Shown: positions 7,177 to 14,529 of the stretch, piece by piece
How positions within the stretch are numbered: the first letter of the stretch is position 1
Layout of the letters: each line of letters starts with the position of its first letter
From: an uncultured Deinococcales bacterium
GTDB lineage: Bacteria > Deinococcota > Deinococci > Deinococcales > JAAFIG01
DNA length: 14,529 bases
Direction: 5' to 3'
Assembly (NCBI GenBank): GCA_964247135.1
Contig: CAXTTL010000122.1
Span: forward strand, 1 to 14,529
Translations under genes and position numbers: made by a program
The notes under the pieces: model-generated
Told to the model about the DNA's origin: nothing
The model's input: the letters and a program-made list of their open reading frames with translations, nothing else
The model's database searches: none

Positions 7177-8729
7177 TTACGCTGCTTATTCTTATTCCTG
7201 CCATCGCCGCCATTATTGCCGCAGCAGGCGACAACAAAGCCCAACTCGCCAAACGCGTTGCCGTGGCAGCCAGTCTGGTCTGCACGATTATTTCTGGCGC
7301 AATGTACTTGGGCTTAAACCTGAACGGCGGTTTGCAGTTCCTCGAGAAAGTGCCGTGGATGCCGCAGGTTGGTGTCTCGTACTTTGTCGCGTTGGACGGC
7401 ATCAGCTTGCCGTTTGTGGTCTTAACCTCCTTGCTGACGTTGGTCAGTGTGCTTGCCAGTTGGGATGAAGACCGCAAAAGCTTCTTCGCCCTGTTCTTGG
7501 TGATGCAATCGGCTTTAACGGGCGTGTTTGCCAGCCTCGATTTGATTTTGTTCTTCGTTTTCTGGGAAGTTGTTTTGATCCCAATGTTCTTCATCATCGG
7601 CGTCTGGGGTTACGAAAACCGTCGCTATGCCGCCGTGAAATTCGTGATCTTCTCGCTGACTGGTTCAGTCTTGATGCTGGTCGGAATCCTCGCCCTCGCG
7701 TTTGGAATCTCGAGCAGTGCAGGCATTCCGCTCACGTTCGATTACAGCATCCTGCGCGATCACGTTTCGCTCGTCTCGAGCCTGCCTGGTGTTGGCTTGA
7801 TGTTCTGGGGCATTATCGTGGCGTTCCTGATTAAACTTCCCGCCTTCCCAGTCCATACCTGGTTGCCGCACGCGCACACCGAGGCGCCCACCGCCGGTTC
7901 GATCATGTTGGCGGGTGTGATGCTCAAAATGGGAGGTTACGGCATTCTGCGCTTTAACCTCGGTTTGTTCCCGCAACAGATGCAGGAATATCAGGTGGCG
8001 CTGTCCATCCTTGCCACCGTCGGCGTGATTTACGGCGCGTACTGCGCGATGGCTCAAAAAGACCTCAAGCGCATGGTCGCGTACTCGAGCGTCAACCACA
8101 TGGGTTACGTGCTGTTGGGGATTGTCAGCCTGACCCCGATGGGCATTCACGGTGCGGTCTATCAAATGGTCGCGCACGGTCTGATCACGGGTCTGATGTT
8201 CATGATGGTCGGTTTCTTAAGCCACCGCACCCACACCCGAGAGATTGCCAAAATGACGGGCATGTACGCCGCGATGCCGATGCTCGGCGCGATCATGTGG
8301 GCAGCTTTCCTGGGCGGTCTTGGAGTGCCTGGCATGGCAGGTTTCATCGGCGAATTCACGGCGCTGTCGGGTGCCGTGCAAAACCCTGTGACCGCGCCGT
8401 ATGCCTACATCAGTTTGCTCGGCATCATCATCACCGCAGGTTTTATCCTCTACGCGATTCAACGCGTCTTGCTGGGTCGCGCCCCAGGTTCGGACAATCA
8501 CGCGCACGACGATCACGCCCCAAGCTCGAGCGTGGCGATGGTCAAACACGAAGCCACCAGCCATGCTTTCCACGATCTCAGCTTCCTCGAGATTGCTGCC
8601 GCCGCGCCGCTTTTGGTGCTGGCAATCGTGCTTGGTCTGTATCCCAACGCCCTCTCGCCCTGGATTGATTCGAGCGCCCAAGCGCTCTTGAACACTGTCA
8701 AGGTTGTCGCATTGGGAGTCTCGAGATGA
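7173..8729 (+). CDS. nuoM: NADH-quinone oxidoreductase subunit M
   Basis: LDGISL, FFVFWEVVLIPMFFIIG, KLPAFPVHTWLPHAHTEAPT, LKMGGYG, AYSSVNHMG, GFIGEF. Start placed at ATG 7173 (ATGA overlap with the nuoL stop). Confidence 0.97.
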   Translation: MITLLILIPAIAAIIAAAGDNKAQLAKRVAVAASLVCTIISGAMYLGLNLNGGLQFLEKVPWMPQVGVSYFVALDGISLPFVVLTSLLTLVSVLASWDEDRKSFFALFLVMQSALTGVFASLDLILFFVFWEVVLIPMFFIIGVWGYENRRYAAVKFVIFSLTGSVLMLVGILALAFGISSSAGIPLTFDYSILRDHVSLVSSLPGVGLMFWGIIVAFLIKLPAFPVHTWLPHAHTEAPTAGSIMLAGVMLKMGGYGILRFNLGLFPQQMQEYQVALSILATVGVIYGAYCAMAQKDLKRMVAYSSVNHMGYVLLGIVSLTPMGIHGAVYQMVAHGLITGLMFMMVGFLSHRTHTREIAKMTGMYAAMPMLGAIMWAAFLGGLGVPGMAGFIGEFTALSGAVQNPVTAPYAYISLLGIIITAGFILYAIQRVLLGRAPGSDNHAHDDHAPSSSVAMVKHEATSHAFHDLSFLEIAAAAPLLVLAIVLGLYPNALSPWIDSSAQALLNTVKVVALGVSR

Positions 8730-10201
8730 TTGTTGCGATTGTTGTTCTGCTGACCATCTCGGGTATTGTGACCTTCGTTGCGGCGGCGGGCAAAAACGCC
8801 GAATTGCCAAATGCAGGACAGGTTTTTGGTGGTGCGACCCTTGCCGTCTTCACCATCATGATGCTGCTGGCAGTTTTGGGCTGGAACGATCAAAACATCT
8901 ATTACGGCGTATTAAAGGCAGGTCCAATCGCCAGCCTCGGTACGCTCATCATGGGCTTGATTGGTTTGCTGGTCACGGGCGGCGTGATGTCCAACCCCGA
9001 AAAGTACCAGTCGGGCATCGGCGAATTTTTTGGTTTTATCATCTTCACGATTCTGGGCGGCGTGCTGATGGTCAGCACCAACAACCTGATCGTGCTTTAC
9101 ATCGGCATCGAACTCTCGAGTTACAGCACCTACATCATGGTCGGGTACTACCGCGATGACCGTTTCAGCAACGAAGCCGCCAGCAAATACTTTTTGCTCG
9201 GCGCGGTTGCCAGCGCCTTCTTGCTGTTCGGCATGAGTCTGGTTTATGCCGCCGCCACCTCGAGTGGCATTGTTAACCTCAATTACGAAGAGATCGGTCG
9301 CGCCTTGGCTGGCGTGGCTGGCAGTCCCGTCTCGAGCTTCCCGCTGGTCTGGCTTGGTCTCGCCATGATGCTGGTCGGTTTTGGTTTCAAACTTGCGCTC
9401 GTGCCGTTTCACTCTTGGACGCCAGATGCCTACCAGGGCGCTCCGAGCATGGTCGCGGGTCTCTTGAGCGTCGGACCCAAAGCGGGCGTCGTCATCGCCC
9501 TCTCAAGCCTTCTGACGAGCACTTTCGTGATTCAACCCGCGCTGCTCGACGGCTGGAAAAACGCCTTCATGTGGCTCAGTATCCTGTCCATGACCGTCGG
9601 CAACCTCCAAGCGCTTCAACAAACCAACATCAAACGAATGCTTGGTTACTCGAGCATCGCGCAACTGGGGTACATCGTGATCGGTGTCGCCGTCGGCTCG
9701 AGTGCCGGCACGGCGGCGTTAATTCTGTACATCACCGGTTATGCCATCACCAACATTGGCGCGTTCTTGCTCGTCTCGAGCCTGCGCGACGCTGGCGTGG
9801 GCGAAGAGATTTCGGATTACGCCGGACTCGTGAAACGCAGCCCAACCGCAGGTATCTTGATGGCAGGATTCTTCATGGGCTTGGCGGGCGTGCCGCTCTT
9901 GGCGGGTTTCCTCGGCAAGTTCTTGCTGTTCAAAAGCGCCGTCGATGCCAGCCTGGTGCCGCTTGCGATTGTCGCGGTGCTCAACACCGTTCCGGCTTAT
10001 TACTATTACTTCCGCGTCATCATCAACTCGGTCTTGCTCGAGCCTAAAGACGCTCGACCCATCGAACTGAATCCAACCGCCTTGGCGGTGCTGAGCTTCG
10101 CGCTGTTGGGCGTGGTGTTCTTGGGCGTCTACCCAACCCCAGTGCTCGACCTGATTAACAGCGCCGTTAAAACCATGCCGTTGTTCACCGCTTCAAGATA
10201 A
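8726..10201 (+). CDS. nuoN: NADH-quinone oxidoreductase subunit N
   Basis: LYIGIELSS, NEAASKYFLLG, GFKLALVPFHSWTPDAYQGAP, KRMLGYSSI, LAGVPLLAGFLGKF. ATGA overlap. Confidence 0.96.
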   Translation: MIVAIVVLLTISGIVTFVAAAGKNAELPNAGQVFGGATLAVFTIMMLLAVLGWNDQNIYYGVLKAGPIASLGTLIMGLIGLLVTGGVMSNPEKYQSGIGEFFGFIIFTILGGVLMVSTNNLIVLYIGIELSSYSTYIMVGYYRDDRFSNEAASKYFLLGAVASAFLLFGMSLVYAAATSSGIVNLNYEEIGRALAGVAGSPVSSFPLVWLGLAMMLVGFGFKLALVPFHSWTPDAYQGAPSMVAGLLSVGPKAGVVIALSSLLTSTFVIQPALLDGWKNAFMWLSILSMTVGNLQALQQTNIKRMLGYSSIAQLGYIVIGVAVGSSAGTAALILYITGYAITNIGAFLLVSSLRDAGVGEEISDYAGLVKRSPTAGILMAGFFMGLAGVPLLAGFLGKFLLFKSAVDASLVPLAIVAVLNTVPAYYYYFRVIINSVLLEPKDARPIELNPTALAVLSFALLGVVFLGVYPTPVLDLINSAVKTMPLFTASR

Positions 10202-10211
10202 ATTCAATACC

Positions 10212-10266
10212 ACCAAACCTCCCCCGCGCTCGAGACTCGAGTTGAGGGGGTTTTGGTTTTCATTTT
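10212..10266 (+). terminator. Probable intrinsic terminator of the nuo operon
   Basis: Imperfect hairpin ACCAAACCTCCCCC...AGGGGGTTTTGGT beginning 11 nt after the nuoN stop, followed by TTTCATTTT. Two CTCGAG sites lie in its centre. Confidence 0.65.
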
Positions 10267-10385
10267 GGTCTACCGCACGCGCTCGAGCCAGTTCAATCAC
10301 AAGCATTCACGAACCGAAATCAAGTTTGGTTTCAAATTCAAAATGAATTTCACAATGGCTTCAGATTGCCCGATGGTCATCCCAA

Positions 10386-11825
10386 TCAATTCAGCGTCCG
10401 TCCGCCGCTCGAGCCGAGCAAGGCATTGGCTTTTTGAATGTAACCCTCGAGCGTGACCGCCCATTCATCCGAAGGCTCGAGGTGCGGCAGGGCGATTTGC
10501 GCGTGGTACAAAATGCGGCTCGGTTCGCGCCAACCGAGTTGCACGAGCGTGTCGGCAATCATCTGGTGCGCCAGAACCCAGTCGCGGCTGGCTTCTGGCG
10601 CAAACTCGAGCACGCGGTTGTAATGCTCGAGCGCGTCGTCGAGGCGGTAGTATTCGTAGGCAATATTGGCGAGCAACAAACTGGCTGGAATGATCGCGCC
10701 CGCCTCGAGCGCGAGGGTGGCTTGGCGTTCGGTGGCGTCAAAATCGCCCAATCGGTACTCGAGTTCGGCAAGGTCGGCGAGGACTTCGGCTTTGTAGGGG
10801 TATTCGCTGTCAAGCAGCGCGGCGTTGAGGCTGCTTCTGGATTCTTCGGGCAGTCCGGCATCCATTTGCGCCAAACCCATTTCGTGCAGCGCGTAAGACT
10901 TGTCGGCGGCAGGTGCAAGTTGCACCGCCCGAGAGAACGCCGCCAGCGCCCCGGGCATGTCCGCCATCGCCGCCAGCGATTGCCCGTGCACGAGTGCCAC
11001 GCCAAAACTCGGTTCGCCGACTTCATCTTCGAGCGCTCGAGCCAGTTCCGCGCGTTCTCTGGCGAGGCTGGGGTTGTCCAGTGCCAGGTGCGCCCGGGCT
11101 TCCAAATGCAAACGGCTGGCGGCTTCCAGCGCTGGTTCGAGGTTGTTGTACAACCCTGCAACTTGCTCGAGGGTGCTCAGGGCTTCAAAGGGTTCTTCAA
11201 GTTCGAGAAGCATCGCGGCTTGATCCATCAGCAAAGCGGCTTTGTCGGTGCCTGTGGTCAAATCTGCGCCGTGACTGTATGCCTGTTCCGCCTCGCGCCA
11301 ACGCGAAAGTCCCTCGAGCGCCCCACCGCGCCACGACCAGTAACGCCAACGCAAAAACGCGGGCAGTTCCTCGAGCACAATGCCCTCAAGCAATTCGAGC
11401 GCGGTTTCGGGTTCACCCAGCGTCACCAAGGCGCTGACCGCATGAAATTTCGCCACGCTCGAGCCGCCGCGCGATTGTGCCGCCAACTCGAGCGCCCGCA
11501 TTTTGCGCGGTTCGGCATCATTGATGCGTTCACCCAATTCAAACGCTTCCAACTCGAGGGTGAACGCGATGTTCGCCGCCCGCAGCGCCATGTACGTCGG
11601 GTCTTGGCGCAAGAGCGGATTGCTCAAGACCGCGTTCGACAAACTCTGCGACGAACCCTCAATGCCTTCACGTCCGTAGAGCGTGTAAATGCCCGCCATC
11701 TCGAGGTCGCACAAGGCGGCAATGCGCGGGTCACGACTGCTTCTCGCGCCTTTCTCGAGCGTTTCAAAGGCAGTTTCAAAGTCGCCTTTTTCCAAGGCTT
11801 GATGGGCGGTTTGCAGGATATCCAA
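10386..11825 (-). CDS. Tetratricopeptide-repeat (TPR) helical protein, function unknown
   Basis: 479-aa Ala/Leu/Glu-rich ORF with repeated TPR-like helix pairs (e.g. GGALEGLSRWREAEQAYSHG, LAELEYRLGDFDAT, LANIAYEYYRLDDALEHYNRVL). TTG start is uncertain. Confidence 0.85.
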   Translation of the reverse strand: MDILQTAHQALEKGDFETAFETLEKGARSSRDPRIAALCDLEMAGIYTLYGREGIEGSSQSLSNAVLSNPLLRQDPTYMALRAANIAFTLELEAFELGERINDAEPRKMRALELAAQSRGGSSVAKFHAVSALVTLGEPETALELLEGIVLEELPAFLRWRYWSWRGGALEGLSRWREAEQAYSHGADLTTGTDKAALLMDQAAMLLELEEPFEALSTLEQVAGLYNNLEPALEAASRLHLEARAHLALDNPSLARERAELARALEDEVGEPSFGVALVHGQSLAAMADMPGALAAFSRAVQLAPAADKSYALHEMGLAQMDAGLPEESRSSLNAALLDSEYPYKAEVLADLAELEYRLGDFDATERQATLALEAGAIIPASLLLANIAYEYYRLDDALEHYNRVLEFAPEASRDWVLAHQMIADTLVQLGWREPSRILYHAQIALPHLEPSDEWAVTLEGYIQKANALLGSSGGRTLN

Positions 11826-11834
11826 AGCGTGTCA

Positions 11835-11840
11835 AGCATA
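11835..11840 (-). promoter_or_regulatory. Candidate -10 element (TATGCT) for a leaderless or very-short-leader TPR transcript
   Basis: A TANNNT hexamer lies 9 nt upstream of the TTG start and there is no obvious Shine-Dalgarno sequence. Leaderless transcripts are common in Deinococcus-Thermus. Confidence 0.35.
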
Positions 11841-11956
11841 ACCCGAGGAGGCGGGGATTGATTGAATTTGGTTTAAGGTTTGGCAAGTTTAGAAAATGAA
11901 GCTCGAGATCAGGCAATTCGGAGCTTGCTGACTGTTTTGCCGACCCTTTCGGTTTG

Positions 11957-12186
11957 AGCGACCCAAACCCGTCAGCGATGCCGCCCGCCAGGTGCGTTTT
12001 GGCATCAAGAAGGTGCTGCTTTCAGGGTCAAGAAGCGACCCAAGCCCGTCAGCGACCATGCCCGTTAGGTGCATTTTATGGTCAAGATAGGTGCTGCTTT
12101 CAGGGTCAAGAAGCGACCCAAGCCCGTCAGGTGCTGCTTTCAGGGTCAAGAAGCGCGTCAACGGATATGCAAGGTGCTGTAGAAGA
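11957..12186. repeat. Nested and tandem array of a ~37-40 nt hairpin unit (5 clear copies plus 1 degenerate)
   Basis: Intact unit 12112-12151 (AGCGACCCAAGCCCGTC AGGTGCTGCTTTCAGGGTCAAGA). Copies at 11957-12033 and 12034-12111 are each interrupted by a variant unit (11974-12010, 12051-12088). Degenerate copy at 12152-12186. Confidence 0.9.
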
Positions 12187-12243
12187 ATTAAATGGAATCC
12201 AAATAATTTTCTGACCATTCCTGAAACTCGAGCGGCACAAACC

Positions 12244-12281
12244 AAAAGTGGTGAACGCCAATAACGCGTTCACCACTTTTT
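12244..12281. terminator. Intrinsic terminator downstream of ilvE, potentially bidirectional
   Basis: Perfect 15-bp inverted repeat AAAAGTGGTGAACGC (12244-12258) / GCGTTCACCACTTTT (12266-12280) with a 7-nt loop and T-runs on both strands, about 25 nt past the ilvE stop. Confidence 0.9.
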
Positions 12282-12304
12282 AAATCTCGAGATTGGATTA
12301 CAAA

Positions 12305-13267
12305 TCAATTCGCGTAGGTTAACCAATGCTCGTAGCCTTTGGCTTGCCCACTGGTCGCCTCGAGGTAACGCTTTCTGATCTCGAGCGAGATTTTACCCGC
12401 CACGCCATTGCCGATCTTGCGGAAATCGATCTCGCTGACTGGGGTGACTTCGGCGGCGGTGCCGGTCATGAAGACCTCTTTGGCGCAGTACAGTTCCTCG
12501 CGGGTTGCCATCGTTTCGACAACCTCCAAGCCCATGTCCTTGCAAATCTGAATGACAGAGTCGCGGGTGATGCCGGTCAAATTGACGCTTCTCGAGATGG
12601 CGTAGACCGTGTTCTTGTTGATGAAAAAGAAATTCTCGCCCGTGCCCTCGGCAATAAAGCCGTTCTGGTCGAGCAGCAAACCCTCGTCAAAACCCGCCGA
12701 CACCGCGTCCATGCGAGCCAGGGCGCTGTTGACGTAATTGCCGCCCGCTTTGGCTTTGCCAGGCATGGCGCCTGCGGGCAGGCGCGTCCAGGCGGTGGTC
12801 ATGAGCCGAGCGCCCTTTTGAATGGCTTCATCGCCCAGGTACGCGCCCCATTCCCAACCCGCGACCATCGCCAGCACTGGGCAGGGCAGGGGATTGACGC
12901 CCAAAGTCTGACCGCCGCGCCACACCAGCGGACGCAAATAACATGACTTATAATTGTTGGCGCGAATCACCTCGAGATGGGCGTGTGAGATTTCTTCCTG
13001 GGAGAACGGAATGGGCATTCGCAAAATATGGGCGCTGTCGAAAAGGCGCTGCGTGTGATCGCCCAGCCGAAAGACTGCCGCGCCACGGTCGGTCTCGTAA
13101 GCCCGTACACCCTCGAAAACGCTGGTGCCGTAATGGAGGGCGTGGGTCAAGACCGAAACGGTGGCTTGTTCTTGCGGCACGAGCTTGCCGTTAAACCAGA
13201 TCATGCCCGCCTTGATGCCGGTGTCGCCGCCAACACTGCCTTTGGGTGCCTCAACTGTCTGTGTCAT
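12305..13267 (-). CDS. ilvE: Branched-chain amino acid aminotransferase (PLP fold type IV)
   Basis: HALHYGTSVFEGVRAY, YLRPLV, KAKAGGNY (PLP lysine), EGTGENFF, GITRDSV, EVFMTGTAAEVTPV. Start placed at ATG 13267 behind an AAGGAG RBS (13272-13277). Confidence 0.96.
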   Translation of the reverse strand: MTQTVEAPKGSVGGDTGIKAGMIWFNGKLVPQEQATVSVLTHALHYGTSVFEGVRAYETDRGAAVFRLGDHTQRLFDSAHILRMPIPFSQEEISHAHLEVIRANNYKSCYLRPLVWRGGQTLGVNPLPCPVLAMVAGWEWGAYLGDEAIQKGARLMTTAWTRLPAGAMPGKAKAGGNYVNSALARMDAVSAGFDEGLLLDQNGFIAEGTGENFFFINKNTVYAISRSVNLTGITRDSVIQICKDMGLEVVETMATREELYCAKEVFMTGTAAEVTPVSEIDFRKIGNGVAGKISLEIRKRYLEATSGQAKGYEHWLTYAN

Positions 13268-13308
13268 AAAACTCCTTGAGATGGCTCGAGCCATGTTGAA
13301 AGCGCAGT

Positions 13309-14529
13309 TTACCGTTTTTCGATTAGAGCGGTGGCATCACCAACGGGCAAGGGCGGCGCGAAAACATAACCCTGGGCTTGGTCGCAACCCAGAAAATGCA
13401 GTTTCTCGAGTTGATACTGGGTTTCGACCCCCTCGGCGAGCACTTCCAGACCGAGGTTGTGCGCCAGGGCGATGATGGTTTGCACCAGGGGAATGGCGTC
13501 GTTGCGGGTGGCTGAAATGCCGGAGGTAAATGCCCGATCCACTTTCAGCAAGTCCAGCGGCAGGCGTTGCAAACGCACCAAGTTGGAATAACCCGTGCCG
13601 AAATCGTCGATTGAAAACCGCACGCCCAGTTTACGCAGTTCAAACATCAGGTTTTCTGGGGTGGTGTCCCTGGACATGACCTGGGATTCGGTGACCTCGA
13701 GTTCAAGGTGTTTGGGAGCCAAACCGGTGCGCTCGAGGACTTTTGAGACATTCTCAACCAAATCGGTGTTCTCCAGTTGGACCGCCGAGAGGTTGACCGC
13801 AATTTTAAAATCGCGCCCTGCCTTGTTCCACTTGGCGGTCTGCAAACACGCCGTCTCGAGCACCTGCGCCCCGAGTTGCACGATCAAACCGCTGGCTTCG
13901 GCAAGCCCGATAAACCGGTCCGGCAGCACCAAACCGCGCTCTGGGTGATGCCAACGCACCAGGGCTTCAAAACCGATCAGGCGCTCCTCGCCCAAATGAA
14001 ATTGCGGTTGGTAAAAGACTTCAAACTCGTCACGCTCGAGCGCCCGACGCAACTGGGCTTCAAATTCCAGAATCTCGAGTTCGTGATGGTCGTGGTCGCT
14101 GGCAAAAAACCGCGCCCGTCCGCGCCCGGTTTCTTTGGCGCGGAACATGGCAAGGTCAGCCCGTGCGATCAGATCGGTGGTGGTTTCGGCATCGCCTGGG
14201 AAGTTCGCCACGCCCATGCAGGCGGAAATCGAAACCTCGTGACCGTTGAGGTAAAACGGTTGATTGAAACTCTCGAGCACCTTGCGGGTCACTCGGGTCA
14301 CGTACTCGCGGTCGCCGAGCATCAGAATGCCGAACTCGTCACCGCCCATTCGCGCCAGCAAATCCGTGCTGCGCAAACAGGTTTTCAGGCGTTTGGTGAC
14401 AATCCCCAGCAGCGCATCGCCCGCGTCGTGACCCAGGGTATCGTTGACCAGTTTAAAACGGTCCAAATCGATAAACGCCAGCGACAAAGGCTCGAGCCTG
14501 TGACGGGTGTTGTTGATGACCGTTTCGAT
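13309..14529 (-). CDS. GGDEF-EAL diguanylate cyclase/phosphodiesterase (5'-truncated)
   Basis: Frame open to the window edge. DLDRFKLVNDTLGHDAGD, RSTD I-site five residues before an intact GGDEF, then EALVRW, DDFGTGYS, KVDRAF, AEGVE and QGY. Confidence 0.96.
   Translation of the reverse strand: METVINNTRHRLEPLSLAFIDLDRFKLVNDTLGHDAGDALLGIVTKRLKTCLRSTDLLARMGGDEFGILMLGDREYVTRVTRKVLESFNQPFYLNGHEVSISACMGVANFPGDAETTTDLIARADLAMFRAKETGRGRARFFASDHDHHELEILEFEAQLRRALERDEFEVFYQPQFHLGEERLIGFEALVRWHHPERGLVLPDRFIGLAEASGLIVQLGAQVLETACLQTAKWNKAGRDFKIAVNLSAVQLENTDLVENVSKVLERTGLAPKHLELEVTESQVMSRDTTPENLMFELRKLGVRFSIDDFGTGYSNLVRLQRLPLDLLKVDRAFTSGISATRNDAIPLVQTIIALAHNLGLEVLAEGVETQYQLEKLHFLGCDQAQGYVFAPPLPVGDATALIEKR

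Noticed and set aside
10434-11861. 475-aa plus-strand ORF
   Set aside because: Antisense shadow of the TPR gene with no recognisable motifs; typical of GC-rich coding DNA.
11915-11962. c-di-GMP-I riboswitch (minus-strand CAAACCGAAAGG...GCAAAAC, near a GGDEF-EAL gene)
   Set aside because: The stem around GAAA is too short and I cannot build the remaining helices. Rfam cmscan would settle it.
11957-12151. Hammerhead ribozyme (minus-strand GAAA ... CUGACGG within a stem)
   Set aside because: The core needs CUGANGA, and no convincing stem III follows GAAA.
11957-12155. CRISPR array (42-nt repeats at 12011-12052 and 12089-12130 with 35-36 nt 'spacers')
   Set aside because: The 'spacers' are homologous to each other and to the repeat, the last two repeats have no spacer between them, and no cas genes are in the window. 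Nested units explain the pattern better.
11957-12186. TIGR-like guide RNA array (~36-40 nt units with two variable segments)
   Set aside because: The variable segments are short and complementary to each other, three copies are near-identical, and no Nop-domain gene is recognisable nearby.
11889-12245. 118-aa minus ORF and 86-aa plus ORF (11954-12214) over the repeat array
   Set aside because: No recognisable RBS or domain, and repeat periods of 77/78/40 nt put the copies in different frames.

Overview
Bacterial chromosomal window of about 55% GC. A Deinococcus-Thermus origin is my tentative inference from the TPR protein, ilvE and the CTCGAG bias. Plus strand (1-10201): the distal part of a tightly coupled complex I-like operon, [nuoC tail]-nuoD-H-I-J-K-L-M-N, with no nuoE/F/G between D and H, followed by a terminator. 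Minus strand: a partial GGDEF-EAL gene, ilvE with its terminator, and a TPR-repeat protein gene. Three things stand out. (1) A ~230-bp non-coding array (11957-12186) is built from one ~40-nt hairpin unit inserted both in tandem and inside itself, always at an AG/CT dinucleotide, with compensatory stem changes. (2) The putative NuoC and NuoI both carry long Pro/Ala/Thr/Glu tails, each with two copies of a shared KR[WF][VI]PK motif, possibly electron-donor tethers standing in for the missing N-module. (3) The palindrome CTCGAG is strongly over-represented (about 84 copies by hand count versus about 4 expected).
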